Both the position numbers and the translations under genes were made by a program. From the IMG/VR virus record IMGVR_UViG_3300042090_000890, positions 33,915 through 97,914 of that record: 64,000 nucleotides of DNA; one strand, given 5' to 3'. Below are positions 8,542 to 19,900 of the stretch, piece by piece. Numbering within the stretch: the first letter of the stretch is position 1; each line of letters opens with the position of its first letter. The DNA is from a virus. The notes beneath the pieces are model-generated. The model had not been told where the DNA came from and did not search any database. It was given only the letters and a program-made list of their open reading frames with translations.

Positions 8542-10740
8542 ATGGCCAACGAAGAAGGCAAGAAAAAGCGGTACCAACAGAGACAAGAAATTGTCGCGTT
8601 GGACCCCAACGCTTTGAAGTTACTCAAAGCGGAAGCTGACGCTCGCCAGAAATCCAACGATGAAGAAGAAGTCACTCCGGCGGATACCGGCGTGTTGGGC
8701 GAGATCGTAAAATCGATCAAAGCTCAGAACGCGATGCAGGCGGCCCAACTGGAGCGAATGTCGTTCCAGGTCGACCCGAACGCGAACTACTCCGGCGCTC
8801 TCGGTTTTTACAAGCTCAAGCAGAACTTAACTCCTGATCATATCATCAAACGGATCTGCGGTCCGGGCGGCGACGAACTCGTTAACGAGATTCTCCAAGC
8901 TCGCTCGAATCACATCTCGTCCTTCGGTCGGCCACGTACCGATCGTTTCAGTGTAGGCTTTGAATTCCAAGACATGGACAAGAACGCCAAGCGTTCGGAA
9001 GAAGATCAGCGGAAGATCCAAGAAATGATCGATGCCGCTAAGAAGACCTTCTGGCAATGCGGTCGCGGTACGCTCGAAGGCGAACTCGACCAAGTAAACC
9101 TGTCTCAATTCTTAAAGCTGGTGACCCGCGATGGACTTGGATTCGGACGCCTAGCTACTGAAAGAGTTTGGTGGACCAATCCAAAAACTGGCAAGAAAGA
9201 GCTGTACGCATGGCGCGCAGCCGATGCCGGAACAATGCTCAAGATTCTGCCGCAGAAAGAGCACGATCAATCTCTCCGCCAAGAAGCTATTCGTCAGTTG
9301 CAACAGATCAAAAACAAAAAGATCGACATCGAGAAGTACAAGAAAGATGAGTACCGCTACGTTCAGGTTATCGAAGGTAAACCTATTCAGACATTCACTG
9401 AAGAGGAAATGGTCATCTACAATTTGTATCCGACGACCGGCATCGAATACAACGGTTACCCCCTGACCCCGATCGATCAAGCCCTTAACGCAATCACGAC
9501 TCACATCAACATCACGGTCCATAACAAACTGTACTTTCAGCACGGTCGCGCATCCAAAGGGATGTTGGTATTCCAGTCGGATTCTATGGACGAGGCAGCT
9601 GCCCAGCGCATTCGCCTACAGTTCCATCAGTCTATCAACTCCGTCCAGAACTCGTGGCGCATGCCGGTGTTCGCGATCGGGTCTGAGGACAAACTGACTT
9701 GGGAAGCAATCGACAACTCAGGCCGCGATGCAGAGTTCCAATACCTCATGGACAACAATGCTCGGGTGATCTTGTCGGCGTTCCAGATGTCGCCGGAAGA
9801 ATTGCCGGGTTACGCCCACCTCGCTCGCGGAACGAACACGCAGGCTCTCTCGGAATCTGACAATGAATGGAAGCTCACCGCAGCCCGCGACGTTGGTTTA
9901 CGTCCTCTGCTAAGCGACATTCAAGATTTCTTGAACACGCACATTCTCCCGTTCGTCGACGCGGAACTCGCGAAGACGCACCAGATCGTGTTAACTGGTC
10001 TCGACAAGGATTCTCCGGAAAAAGAGAATACCCGCCTGCAGCAAGATATGGCCGTTCACATGAACTACAACGAAGTCATGGAACAGGTCGAGAAGAACCC
10101 GATCCCGGTCGAACTGGGCGGCGACTTCCCTCTCAATCCTCAGTACCAAGCAGTCGCGGATAAGTACCTCACGGTCGGCCAGATCCTGGAGAATTTCTTC
10201 AAGGTCAAAGGCGCCGCATCCGATCCTCGTTATCAGTACATCCGTGATCCGTTCTGGTTCCAGAACAAACAGCTCATCCTCCAGGAAGCTCAGATCGCGA
10301 TGCAGCAGTCCATGCAAGCTCAACAGATGATGCAACAGCAAGCGCTGGCCGAGCAAGGTATCGCGACCGATGAGAACGGCAACCCCGTTCAGCCCGGTGA
10401 CGATGACGACAAAGGCGGCGGAGATGACTCCGGCGGAGACGATGATTCGGGCGGAGACGACTCCGGCGGCGGAGATCAGCCTCCGGAACAGACATCCAAG
10501 GCGGAGAAAGCGATCGACATCGTGAAAGAAATCACTGCCAAGAACGTGGCCTGGTCGGCGAACAACTACGTCGTCCTCGAAAAGGCCATCCGCAACAATC
10601 ACAACAGAATCTCGCGACAGCTCCTGAAGCGTCACAATGAACTTGTGACGGCCACGATGGATAACTGGAAGCGCCAGTCCGCGAAGGAACTGGCAGCCAT
10701 GGGCAAAGCGCTCAAAGACGGTAAGAAGAAGGGGAGCTGA
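8542..10740 (+). CDS. Portal protein
   Basis: Typical motifs YNGYPLTPID, KLYFQHG..SKGMLV, DAEFQYL, AFQMSPEEL, GLRPLL; acidic low-complexity tail. Confidence 0.88.
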   Translation: MANEEGKKKRYQQRQEIVALDPNALKLLKAEADARQKSNDEEEVTPADTGVLGEIVKSIKAQNAMQAAQLERMSFQVDPNANYSGALGFYKLKQNLTPDHIIKRICGPGGDELVNEILQARSNHISSFGRPRTDRFSVGFEFQDMDKNAKRSEEDQRKIQEMIDAAKKTFWQCGRGTLEGELDQVNLSQFLKLVTRDGLGFGRLATERVWWTNPKTGKKELYAWRAADAGTMLKILPQKEHDQSLRQEAIRQLQQIKNKKIDIEKYKKDEYRYVQVIEGKPIQTFTEEEMVIYNLYPTTGIEYNGYPLTPIDQALNAITTHINITVHNKLYFQHGRASKGMLVFQSDSMDEAAAQRIRLQFHQSINSVQNSWRMPVFAIGSEDKLTWEAIDNSGRDAEFQYLMDNNARVILSAFQMSPEELPGYAHLARGTNTQALSESDNEWKLTAARDVGLRPLLSDIQDFLNTHILPFVDAELAKTHQIVLTGLDKDSPEKENTRLQQDMAVHMNYNEVMEQVEKNPIPVELGGDFPLNPQYQAVADKYLTVGQILENFFKVKGAASDPRYQYIRDPFWFQNKQLILQEAQIAMQQSMQAQQMMQQQALAEQGIATDENGNPVQPGDDDDKGGGDDSGGDDDSGGDDSGGGDQPPEQTSKAEKAIDIVKEITAKNVAWSANNYVVLEKAIRNNHNRISRQLLKRHNELVTATMDNWKRQSAKELAAMGKALKDGKKKGS
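10414..10476 (+). repeat. GGDD(D)S-coding tandem repeat in portal C-terminus
   Basis: About 4 degenerate ggcggagaYgaY units. Confidence 0.7.
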
Positions 10741-11621
10741 TGAAGCTCACCGACGCCCAGCGGAATGTCATCATCGAACGCATTGAGTCTCTCTTCGAGG
10801 GGACCAAAGCGCGCCTGTTAGGGTCGATGTTCAAAGGCCCGAAGCTATACTTCGAAGTCGTCCGTCGGTCGGACCCTCTGCATACTATCGAAGGCTTGTA
10901 CAATTTCACGCTGAAGACCATGTACGGCGCGACTGCCGAGCCGAACAAGAAAAATATCGAACATCTAGCTGAAATAACTGGGAATTATATGGATTCCCAG
11001 CAGCTGAAGATCAAGAATCACATCTTGGCGGACGTGGCCAAGGCTAAAACGCCGTCAGAAGCGATCCGCTCGATACGCGGTCACTTCGAGCAGGCCGGGA
11101 AGTACGTCGATCTGCTAGTATCGAACGAAACCCGCATCGTTCAGACGTACGCCTCGCGCGAAGGTATCGGCAAACTGGCGTCGGACATCGGAGTGAAAGA
11201 CCCGACCGTCGTATTCCTAGGCGTTTGCGACCATAAAATCTGTAAGTATTGCAAGAGCATGTACCACGACTCTGCGGCGATCCGCAAGCCGAAGCCGTAT
11301 AAGCTGTCTCAGGTACAGGAAGGGTATTTCAAGCCGAAGGATTGGGACGGGAAGACGCCGCACCAGGCTCCGCTACATCCGCGTTGCCGACACGTAATGA
11401 GCTTCGTGCCGCCGAACTTCGGGTTCAACGACGCAGGCGTGATCGAGTTCAAGGAATTCGGCTACGATTACCACAAAGAGTACTGGAAGCTGAAGAAAGC
11501 CGAGGAACTGCCGCCTGACTCAACACCCATGGCGAGTTTCCTGAGTTACGACGAGTACTTGGAGATGAATATCATCCACGAAGCTGAACATCTACACGAT
11601 GAGTTCTGCACGCACGATTAG
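10740..11621 (+). CDS. MuF/SPP1 gp7-like head morphogenesis protein
   Basis: CKYC and PLHPRCRH motifs; directly follows portal. Confidence 0.75.
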   Translation: MKLTDAQRNVIIERIESLFEGTKARLLGSMFKGPKLYFEVVRRSDPLHTIEGLYNFTLKTMYGATAEPNKKNIEHLAEITGNYMDSQQLKIKNHILADVAKAKTPSEAIRSIRGHFEQAGKYVDLLVSNETRIVQTYASREGIGKLASDIGVKDPTVVFLGVCDHKICKYCKSMYHDSAAIRKPKPYKLSQVQEGYFKPKDWDGKTPHQAPLHPRCRHVMSFVPPNFGFNDAGVIEFKEFGYDYHKEYWKLKKAEELPPDSTPMASFLSYDEYLEMNIIHEAEHLHDEFCTHD

Positions 11622-11630
11622 CCTAATCTT
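11622..11630 (+). promoter_or_regulatory. Putative late promoter motif CCTAATCTT
   Basis: Exact copy upstream of prohead protease. Confidence 0.7.
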
Positions 11631-11647
11631 CTAATAGATATACATAC

Positions 11648-13396
11648 TTGGTGGTCACTTTGGGTCTGAAGATTGACGGTATCGCGACATCTGAACACAT
11701 TGATTCGTCCGGTGAATTGCTCATCGTCGAGAATCATGACATCTCCGATCTTGTGTCGGGCAAAGGCGTCATGAATTGGGAGCACTCCAATAAGTCCGAT
11801 GACACGATTGGAGCAATCATCTACGCCAAGAAAATTCTCAAGAAGACCGACTGCGAGAACGACCGCCAGCGAAAATACTGGAATACCGTCAACAAGCCGT
11901 TCGTTTACATCATAGGCGAGCTGTACGATGACGAGGAACATTCAGGTGCGCTTGCCGTCGCCGCCATGATCCGGTACTACGCCAAGAAATCTGAGAATCT
12001 CCTGACAGGCTTCTCCATCGAAGGCGCCACGCTCGAACGGGATGATTATATCCTGAAAGAGTCTGTCGGTCGCCGGGTAGCCGTCACCCTCCGCCCGTGC
12101 AATAAGACTGCAATCGCTGGGTTGCTGGAAGATCCAAAAACGAAAGATATCGCTAAGTCGATCGAGGCAATGATGGCCCGCGTCGATGGCAGCCTCGTCG
12201 AAATCGACTCGGTCATCCTCGACGATATGTTCATGCCGAAGGACCCGATTCTCGACCTACATAAGGCCGTCGAAAGTCTCGCGAAGTCGATCGAAGCGGG
12301 CATGTACAATGTCACTCCGTCGCAGTTGATCGGCCAAGCCGCACTTACCCGCGAGCACATCAGCGGATTCCAGCGGAACCGTGTTAAAGCTGCCGTCCGC
12401 GATTGGGACCGCAAACGTCCTCTCAAGGAAGTTCTGAAGAGCGCTCTACCGGAAGTGTCTGACGATTACATCGGACATTTCGAGAAGTTGGCCGAAGAAT
12501 TGGCACTCAAGAAAAACATGCCATCCACGAAATTAACTCGCGTTGGGGCTAGACATTCGCCAAATCAACATCAAAATGAAGACCAACAGAAGTTGATCGA
12601 AGGCTTGTACTTCGACCCGAAGAGAAAGTTCGGCGGTAAAGATTTTGATCCTGGCCACACCGGCTATCAAACCGCGATCACGAAGCATAAAAATGACGCA
12701 GGCGCGAACGTGTTGGTCAAACAGCCCACGGGCAAATGGGCAGAGAACGCCACTCATTACTACGAGAACGCTCGCGATGTTTTTGGAATGGGCAATCACG
12801 TACCGGTTACGAATTATTTCAAGCCGCCCAAAGGATCTCAGAAATGGGATATGACTACCGATACTACGGATCGTCAGCCTGAAGGCCTGCATCATCAAGC
12901 GATGGAACTTGTCGATAAAGCCAAATCGCCAATGACCATGAACGACAAAGACCTGGCTAAACCGTTGCAAAGAGCATATGATAACGGAGACTTGAACAAA
13001 CTCATGATGATGGATCAGATTCTAGGCGGAGCGTCGGATAGACACCACGGAAACTATCTGATTCATCCTAAAGGCCACGTTATGAACATCGACAACGATC
13101 AGGCTTTTTCTTACAATATACCGGCTCCGACACCGGCGTACATGTATCAGCACATCGATCAGCCGATACACCCGGAAGCGTCAAAATGGATAAAAGGAAT
13201 TGATCCAAAAGCGTTGATCGGGAAGATGGCGGACCAAGGTCGTTCACCGGAAGAAATAAAATCCGCCGCTATGATTCTTAAACTGCATCAGAAATACGCC
13301 GACAAGCCTATGACAGGACGCCAACTGTGGGACACTATAGGCAATCATGCTACGGCAGTTCGTCGTGAAGAGCAGCGCAAGAAGAAGGTAGCATGA
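11648..13396 (+). CDS. Prohead protease fused to a C-terminal PI3/4-kinase/HipA-like domain
   Basis: IDGIATSEHIDSSGE, NWEH, GFSIEG, VAVTLRPCN (prohead protease); C-terminal VLVK, DRHHGNYL, IDNDQAF (kinase); true start may be TTG 11660. Confidence 0.8.
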   Translation: MVVTLGLKIDGIATSEHIDSSGELLIVENHDISDLVSGKGVMNWEHSNKSDDTIGAIIYAKKILKKTDCENDRQRKYWNTVNKPFVYIIGELYDDEEHSGALAVAAMIRYYAKKSENLLTGFSIEGATLERDDYILKESVGRRVAVTLRPCNKTAIAGLLEDPKTKDIAKSIEAMMARVDGSLVEIDSVILDDMFMPKDPILDLHKAVESLAKSIEAGMYNVTPSQLIGQAALTREHISGFQRNRVKAAVRDWDRKRPLKEVLKSALPEVSDDYIGHFEKLAEELALKKNMPSTKLTRVGARHSPNQHQNEDQQKLIEGLYFDPKRKFGGKDFDPGHTGYQTAITKHKNDAGANVLVKQPTGKWAENATHYYENARDVFGMGNHVPVTNYFKPPKGSQKWDMTTDTTDRQPEGLHHQAMELVDKAKSPMTMNDKDLAKPLQRAYDNGDLNKLMMMDQILGGASDRHHGNYLIHPKGHVMNIDNDQAFSYNIPAPTPAYMYQHIDQPIHPEASKWIKGIDPKALIGKMADQGRSPEEIKSAAMILKLHQKYADKPMTGRQLWDTIGNHATAVRREEQRKKKVA

Positions 13397-13998
13397 AAGT
13401 CTACGTAATCAAATCAGATCATTCCGAAGTGCCGTTAGCCGAAGTCCGCACGGACGGCGATACGGCCCACTTCGTAGTCGACAATACAAACGGAAAACTG
13501 CCCCAGATGGTCCAGAGCAGTCTGCCAAAATTACGTGCGATTTGCGACAATTCTTCGCATATGCACATGGAAGAGCCGAAAACAGCGACCGTCAATCTTC
13601 TGCGGTACGTTATGGACAACGGTGATGTGGTCGAGATTACGTCGGACGGCCATACCGTCATGCTCAACGGACACCTCCTGCCGCAAGAAGAGAAGGATGC
13701 GTTGTTCAACGCCTTTACGCGTGGCGAAATCAAAGTCGCTCGTAAGACCGATGTACAGCAGGCATTGCCGGTCCTCCCGTCGAATCCGCCGTCGGAGTAC
13801 GCTAAGCCGCAGAGCAAGATGAATCCGACAGTGCTTGGCATGATAGAAGATGACCAAGACAAAAAAGATACCGCCCGTGAGATGGCCACTCGCGACTATG
13901 ATCCGGCCATTGACGATGCCGAGCTGTCTGATGTAGAAGATGCTGATTGGACGAAAGAATTGATGCGCTGGCTCAAATACGGTGACAAAAATGAATGA
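13393..13998 (+). CDS. Hypothetical protein (head module)
   Basis: Overlapping start/stop with both neighbours. Confidence 0.65.
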   Translation: MKVYVIKSDHSEVPLAEVRTDGDTAHFVVDNTNGKLPQMVQSSLPKLRAICDNSSHMHMEEPKTATVNLLRYVMDNGDVVEITSDGHTVMLNGHLLPQEEKDALFNAFTRGEIKVARKTDVQQALPVLPSNPPSEYAKPQSKMNPTVLGMIEDDQDKKDTAREMATRDYDPAIDDAELSDVEDADWTKELMRWLKYGDKNE

Positions 13999-16900
13999 CG
14001 AAAAGAAATTAGCACCAGACGTACCGGCTGACACACTCCACGCTCACGTGGAGCGCCATATGGCATTACCGGAAGAGTCTCAGTCAGACAATGACAACGA
14101 AGACTTCGCGGCTGAAGTCGCCTCGCATCCGAACCTTGCGCCGCATTCCATTGAGAAGCTGTACAACCACGTGATGAAGCCTGTATCTGCCAATTCTACG
14201 ACGGCGGCCACTGGCGAAGCAGAGCCGATGTCGAATGTGATCGTCGGTAATCTGCTTAGAAATCCTAACGCACCGCAGAATATCAAACAGGACTTTGCGC
14301 TCAAGACGTTTCATCCCGACAATCCGTCGTCCGATCTGCACGAAGAGTTGGCTGATTCCGGCATTCTGAACGAACAGCAATTGAAAGGCATGTCCGAGCA
14401 GGTTTTGAAAGCTGGCAAAGAGCCACACGCATACAAGCACCTTGGCCCGAATTACTACATGAAGTATTTTCGAGGCCGGTCGCAGCAGGACCCCAACGAA
14501 CTCGACGAGGACGGGAAGGAACAGCATTCTCGCGAGATGGAGCTGGGAGAAAAAGGGTTAGTTAACTCGTCTAGGCACACGCCGGAGACATTGGATCAGA
14601 CGATCGACGCGTTTTCGGCTTCGAAACATGACCCGCACGGCCTTATCGAAAAATTGGTTAACAATAGAGAAGACTTGTCTAAAGACCAATTGAATAAGAT
14701 CCATCAATGGTATGATTCCAACAAAAATGAAAAGAGCAACGCCTACAACGACGACTATTATCATAGGCAGCGCATCGATAGCTTGCTAGAGCATAAGAAT
14801 GTCGATCCAGCGTTGCTTGCCAAATATGCTGTAGGCAAACGGGTCAGCACAGAAGCTCTCAAAAATCCACGCCTGCCGCAGGAATCGATCAACGGTATCA
14901 TAAAACGTATAAAAGATCCCAACGAATGGGACACTCGGAACAGGGTAGAAAGTCTTCTCGAAAATCCGTCTATATCGAAAGACCAGGTTCGCGCATTGAT
15001 TCAGAAGGGTTCCAATAAAGCCATCAAGCATCCTCTGGCCGACGAAGCCGCTGTCCGCGACTATTGGCAGAAAGGTTCAAAGGACCTAGACTCATCCCGC
15101 GATATCTTGCAAGCGAAGAATTTACCGCCAGACGTGTTAAAAGAGCTTGTCAATCACAAGAATCAGGAAGTCGCCGTCAAAGCTCTCAACCATCCCAGAG
15201 CGGACATGGACGTGGTCAACGAAGGTCTCAAACGCCGGGCAAAGACCGTACAGGATGCCGCACGGCTACATCCGCTTGTAGCCGAGCAACAGGTCAAAGA
15301 AGGTTTGAAATCGGGCGCGACATCTCTCGCGAACGTGTACACAGATCCGAAATTCGAAGCGCAGTTCGACAAGCTCCCGAAGGTGGACCAGGAAGCGATC
15401 TTCAATAAGGCACACGAGAAGTACCAAGGTACCAACCTCGCCGAGTTGGCCAAGAAGACCAAGGAACGTTCTGAAAACGTCATCAACAGCAAGATGAACC
15501 TGGCCATGGACGAGCGCGTCCCGGCAGCCATCCGCGAAGCGCATGGTAAAGACATTGCCAATATGTTCGAGGATCAGGTCCCGAAGAATCAGATGCTGGT
15601 CCAACGCACGACCGACGTGATGAGCAAAAATCACCCGGACGACAATTCTCGTCTGGTGACGGCCATTTCACATCTTGCGATCAACGGCAACAAAGATGCC
15701 CAGAGAGCGATTCTCAATAATCCTGGCTATCTCTCGGAAGTTCAATCCAATCTGGACTTGAAAGACGCCGAACCAGATTTCCTGGAAAGCGTATATCGCA
15801 AAAGACAGGAGAATCAGGCCAATAACGTACAACTGTACGATCGCGTCGGACACCCGGAATTGTTCGATAAATCCGGCCACACGCTCAGACGTGTTTTCGA
15901 AGCTCCCAACTTGCCGTCTAATGTGTTCGACGAGATTGCTCGGAACGGACAACAGATGGACCAGATCGGTGCCGGAGACTATTTCAAAAGATACAATGAT
16001 CTGCCTGAAGACCAACAGAATCAGAAATACGAGCACATTCTAAATTCCGGTTCGCAAAAGGCAGCCATTTCAGTCGTCCGCGCTAAAGCGCCTCCGGCAT
16101 CTTGGGACCGTGCATTCAACATGCTGACCCCAGACAATAAGCAACGTCTGATCAAAGACGAAGTCGATCACGTGAAAAGTCATAGGCCGGACGTTTTCCA
16201 CAATGCCGTGCTGGGCATGTACAATGATCCGGCAGACGCAGATCGTCCTGGCATGAGCAGATACGAGAGCTATCAAGCGAAAGCCGTTAGCAAATTAGAT
16301 CCGGAATCGCCGAATGACCGCTCGGTACTTGAACAGCTGATCTCAATCCCAGAGGCTCAGCCAGGGCATATGCCAGACGAAGGATTGCTGGATAATATCC
16401 CAGAGAAAATGTACAGCAAGCCCGGTGACGATTCTCTGATTGACCATGCAGCAGCTTCCGGTAAAGGTCCTCTGGCATACAATATGCTTGCCCGGAAGAT
16501 GAACACTCTCAGTCGTGAGGCGTACGTCGGCAGTTACGAATCGGAAGATAAGAAAGCAGCAGCCAGACAGAAAGCTGAAGACCTTGTTACTTACTTGCAC
16601 GGACGTGTTGCGTCGATGCCATCTTTCAGCGACGCGGATACAGATAATCCGACCGCCGAGAATTGGTACTCACTGATGACTCGTCAGAAGCAAGGGTACC
16701 ACGACGATCGGTTCATGGGAGCTTTGAAAAAAGCAGGTGCGAACCTCGATTTCTTGGCCGACATGCCCGGCAAGGACGGCGAACTCGTAAAACGCCAGGC
16801 GCTCACGGACAACCTTCTGTCTACGCAGAAGCTGCAAGAAATGTCGCAGGCCAATTCTGTGAAAGATATTCTGGCCATCGGCAGTCCAAAGTTACGTCAG

Positions 16901-19900
16901 CAATCTTTGGATTCTTGGGTCGTCCAAGGAAATCATACGCCCGAAGATTTAGAACACCTTGCCAACAAAGTTGACGCATCGGTGCTCAATCCGGAGTCGT
17001 TCGAACACGGTCGCCGTAAGTCCATGGGCGAAGAGGCTGTCAACGTATTTAATTCCCGCATCAACAACTTGATAGACTTGTACAGGACAAAGAGTCCAGA
17101 CAGTCTCACGCATGTGATCAACAATGCTCTGCAAGTCAGCCGCTCTGACGACGATCTCACCCAAGAAGATGGCCGCCGCATCGTAAAAAATATCTTGAAT
17201 CACGTCAACGGCGCAGCATACGGTTCGCCGGAAGAGAAAGCGTCCACGCTCCTGAGCACGTACATGGCTCTCAAAAAACGAGAGATGGCGCCCGCCAATA
17301 TGGGCAAGCAAATAGAGCGTGCTGCCGTAGAAGGTAAAGACTACGACACGATGATTAAGCTGTCGGATCACAAGATGCTTTCCGAAGAGGGCATAAGCTC
17401 TTTGATGAAAGCCGCCGCGCAGCCACAGACGCTCAATTCGCGCCAGATCGCAGGCGTATCCTCGATGCTCACTTCGAATACTCCGCCTAGCGCTGTACTT
17501 GACACCGCCAAGGCCTTCGAGAACAAAACGGCGCAGGAAGTGGCCGAAGGTAAACGCCCTTCGCCCGCCGACCGAACGAAGTTGATGAGGAATCTGTTCG
17601 GCACGTTCAGCCCCAGTGAGTCCGGCCCGGAAGAAGTTCAGAAGAACGAGTTTTTAGTCAACTACATGAAAAAACAAGCGCTGGACCCGGCAGTCTCCAG
17701 ATACGCCAATACGCATTTGGCAAACATGTCTGTGCAGTTGGCAGAAGCTGGCGACGAAGATCAAGGCATCAGTCTATGGGAACAATTGCCGAATCAGTTG
17801 ACAGATTTCGACGGCAACTATCCTGACATACAAGGTGCTATCCCGTCAAAAATGCTCAACGACCCTCGTTTCATTGAGGCCTGCGGATCGGGATGGAAAC
17901 TTTCGTCCCTGGCCATAAACGCCGATAGGCTCACAGGTGCGAATGCCTCTACCCTCACGAATCGTGCGTTGGCCGCCGAGCCATACACTGTTGACCACCA
18001 GCAGTTGTTCCGAAATTTTGAAAATAACGAGTTCGTGGCACCAGAAGATTCTGTCAAGTTGGCGCGCAGCATGCCCGATGACAAGTTCAATTCTCTCACT
18101 CGCGAGCTTGGCCAGTCCATGGCAGGCAATCTGATATATGCTGCCCATGCCAGGATTAGAGATGTCGACGCGCTTGTAAAAGATCCGAATCTGGCTGCCC
18201 CGAACGCGCCGTTTATGGGAGCTGAACACCGCAACAAGATTCTGACAAATCTTGATGCATATGCCACTGCCATCAAAAACGCTGATGTTGAAGAAGAAAC
18301 GCCGAATTTGAAGGACAAACTTGGCAAAGTGTCCGAAATGATTGGTACGATCCACGGCCACTTGAAGACGATCGCCAATCATATGCGTTTGCAGGCGCCA
18401 GACCAGGTAGACAATATTGAATTTGCTAGGGATCACGCCGCGATGCTGACTACGCTCAGTAAAATCGCTACCACTAATCTGCAATTAGACCGCGACGATG
18501 CACTCAAAGTTATGGATATGGTAAAAGAATACCACTCTGTTCAGCAGGCAGCCGGTAAAGAACCTATGCCAGAGAAGACGTATCCTGCCACAAAGGGCCT
18601 CGTCGCCCGCGCCGAAAATTTCGAGGAGCAGGATTGGCGGGAAATGTTCAAGGCCGACCCACACGCAATTTACGCGCTGAGCGACCGAGCCACTATCCCT
18701 ACTGAAGCCTTGAACGCCGCCGAGATCACCAAGATCGAAAAGTCTCGCAACAAAGACGAGAATCGAGCCAAGACCTTGTTCGTTAAGACGTCCAAGGATT
18801 GGTTCTCGAAGATGTCGAAGGAAGACGTTGCTCACCACGGCAAGGATCTTCTGCATCTGTACATCAAGCTGAAAAATGCCGATGAAATCTTCCATAACGA
18901 TTACACGTATGCGATGGAAGAGGGCATGAAGTACATGGGCGACAGTATGTCGCACAAGGAACTAACCGATCTTCTACAAGAGTCCGGCGCTTCTGACTTG
19001 CGAAACTCGTTGTTCAAGACTGCCGTCGAAAACGGTGTGGGCGGCGTAGAAAGTTTGAAAGCGTACGCCAAAGAATTCCACGACCAGATATTCTCAGGTC
19101 ATTCAGATATACATGACATGGAAGCGTCGAATTTGAAGATGAAGTTAGAGCCAATCACAGCATCGCCGTACATAGATGAGGATCTCGCAGGACAAGTGTT
19201 CGATATGTACGATAGGAATAAGGGCGCCATGCACGCAGCCGCAGTTGACCTATTGGCTAATACATCAACTCCAGCGAAATCCGTGAAAAAGTTCACCGAC
19301 ACATTACTCCAAAATCATAAAGACGGATACAAGGACATTAATAAGAGAGCCTCTGCGAATCTGGCAAGTCAGATTATGCAGCATCCGAATGTGTCCGAGG
19401 AAGACCTTGGCGAACTTTTCGCTCTCAGCAACGAGCAGTTCCCGAAATACTTCGCTCCGTCTGGGAAGTTCAACCCGGCGCTAACGAATCCGACGTACGG
19501 CGGCAAGCTGTTCCGAGCCATGCCATTGGCTCTTCCGGAATCTCAAAAGATGGGTCCGAAAGGTGAAGGCGGTACGGTAGATGAAGGAAAGTGCCTCCGG
19601 GACATTAACTTGCAGCACAAGGATTACGAGCGCATGAAGTCGACCATGGCCATGATACCTGCCGAGGGTATGGCCTGGGCCGAGTTCAAGCGCAAGTTCC
19701 CGGCAGAAGAAAAATCTCTGCCGCCTTCCGTCAAAGCTGTGTTCACGTCAGCTCAGAACAAACCGGTCATGCCTGAGCAATTCGCGCAAGCTATGCGTTC
19801 GCTGGATGATAATTCCAAGAAGTACCACCTGACGTATTCGGAATGGGGATCTGGCCTGCAGCGTCATAACCCTCCTGGCCGCCCGAACTTGGTTGTTCAA

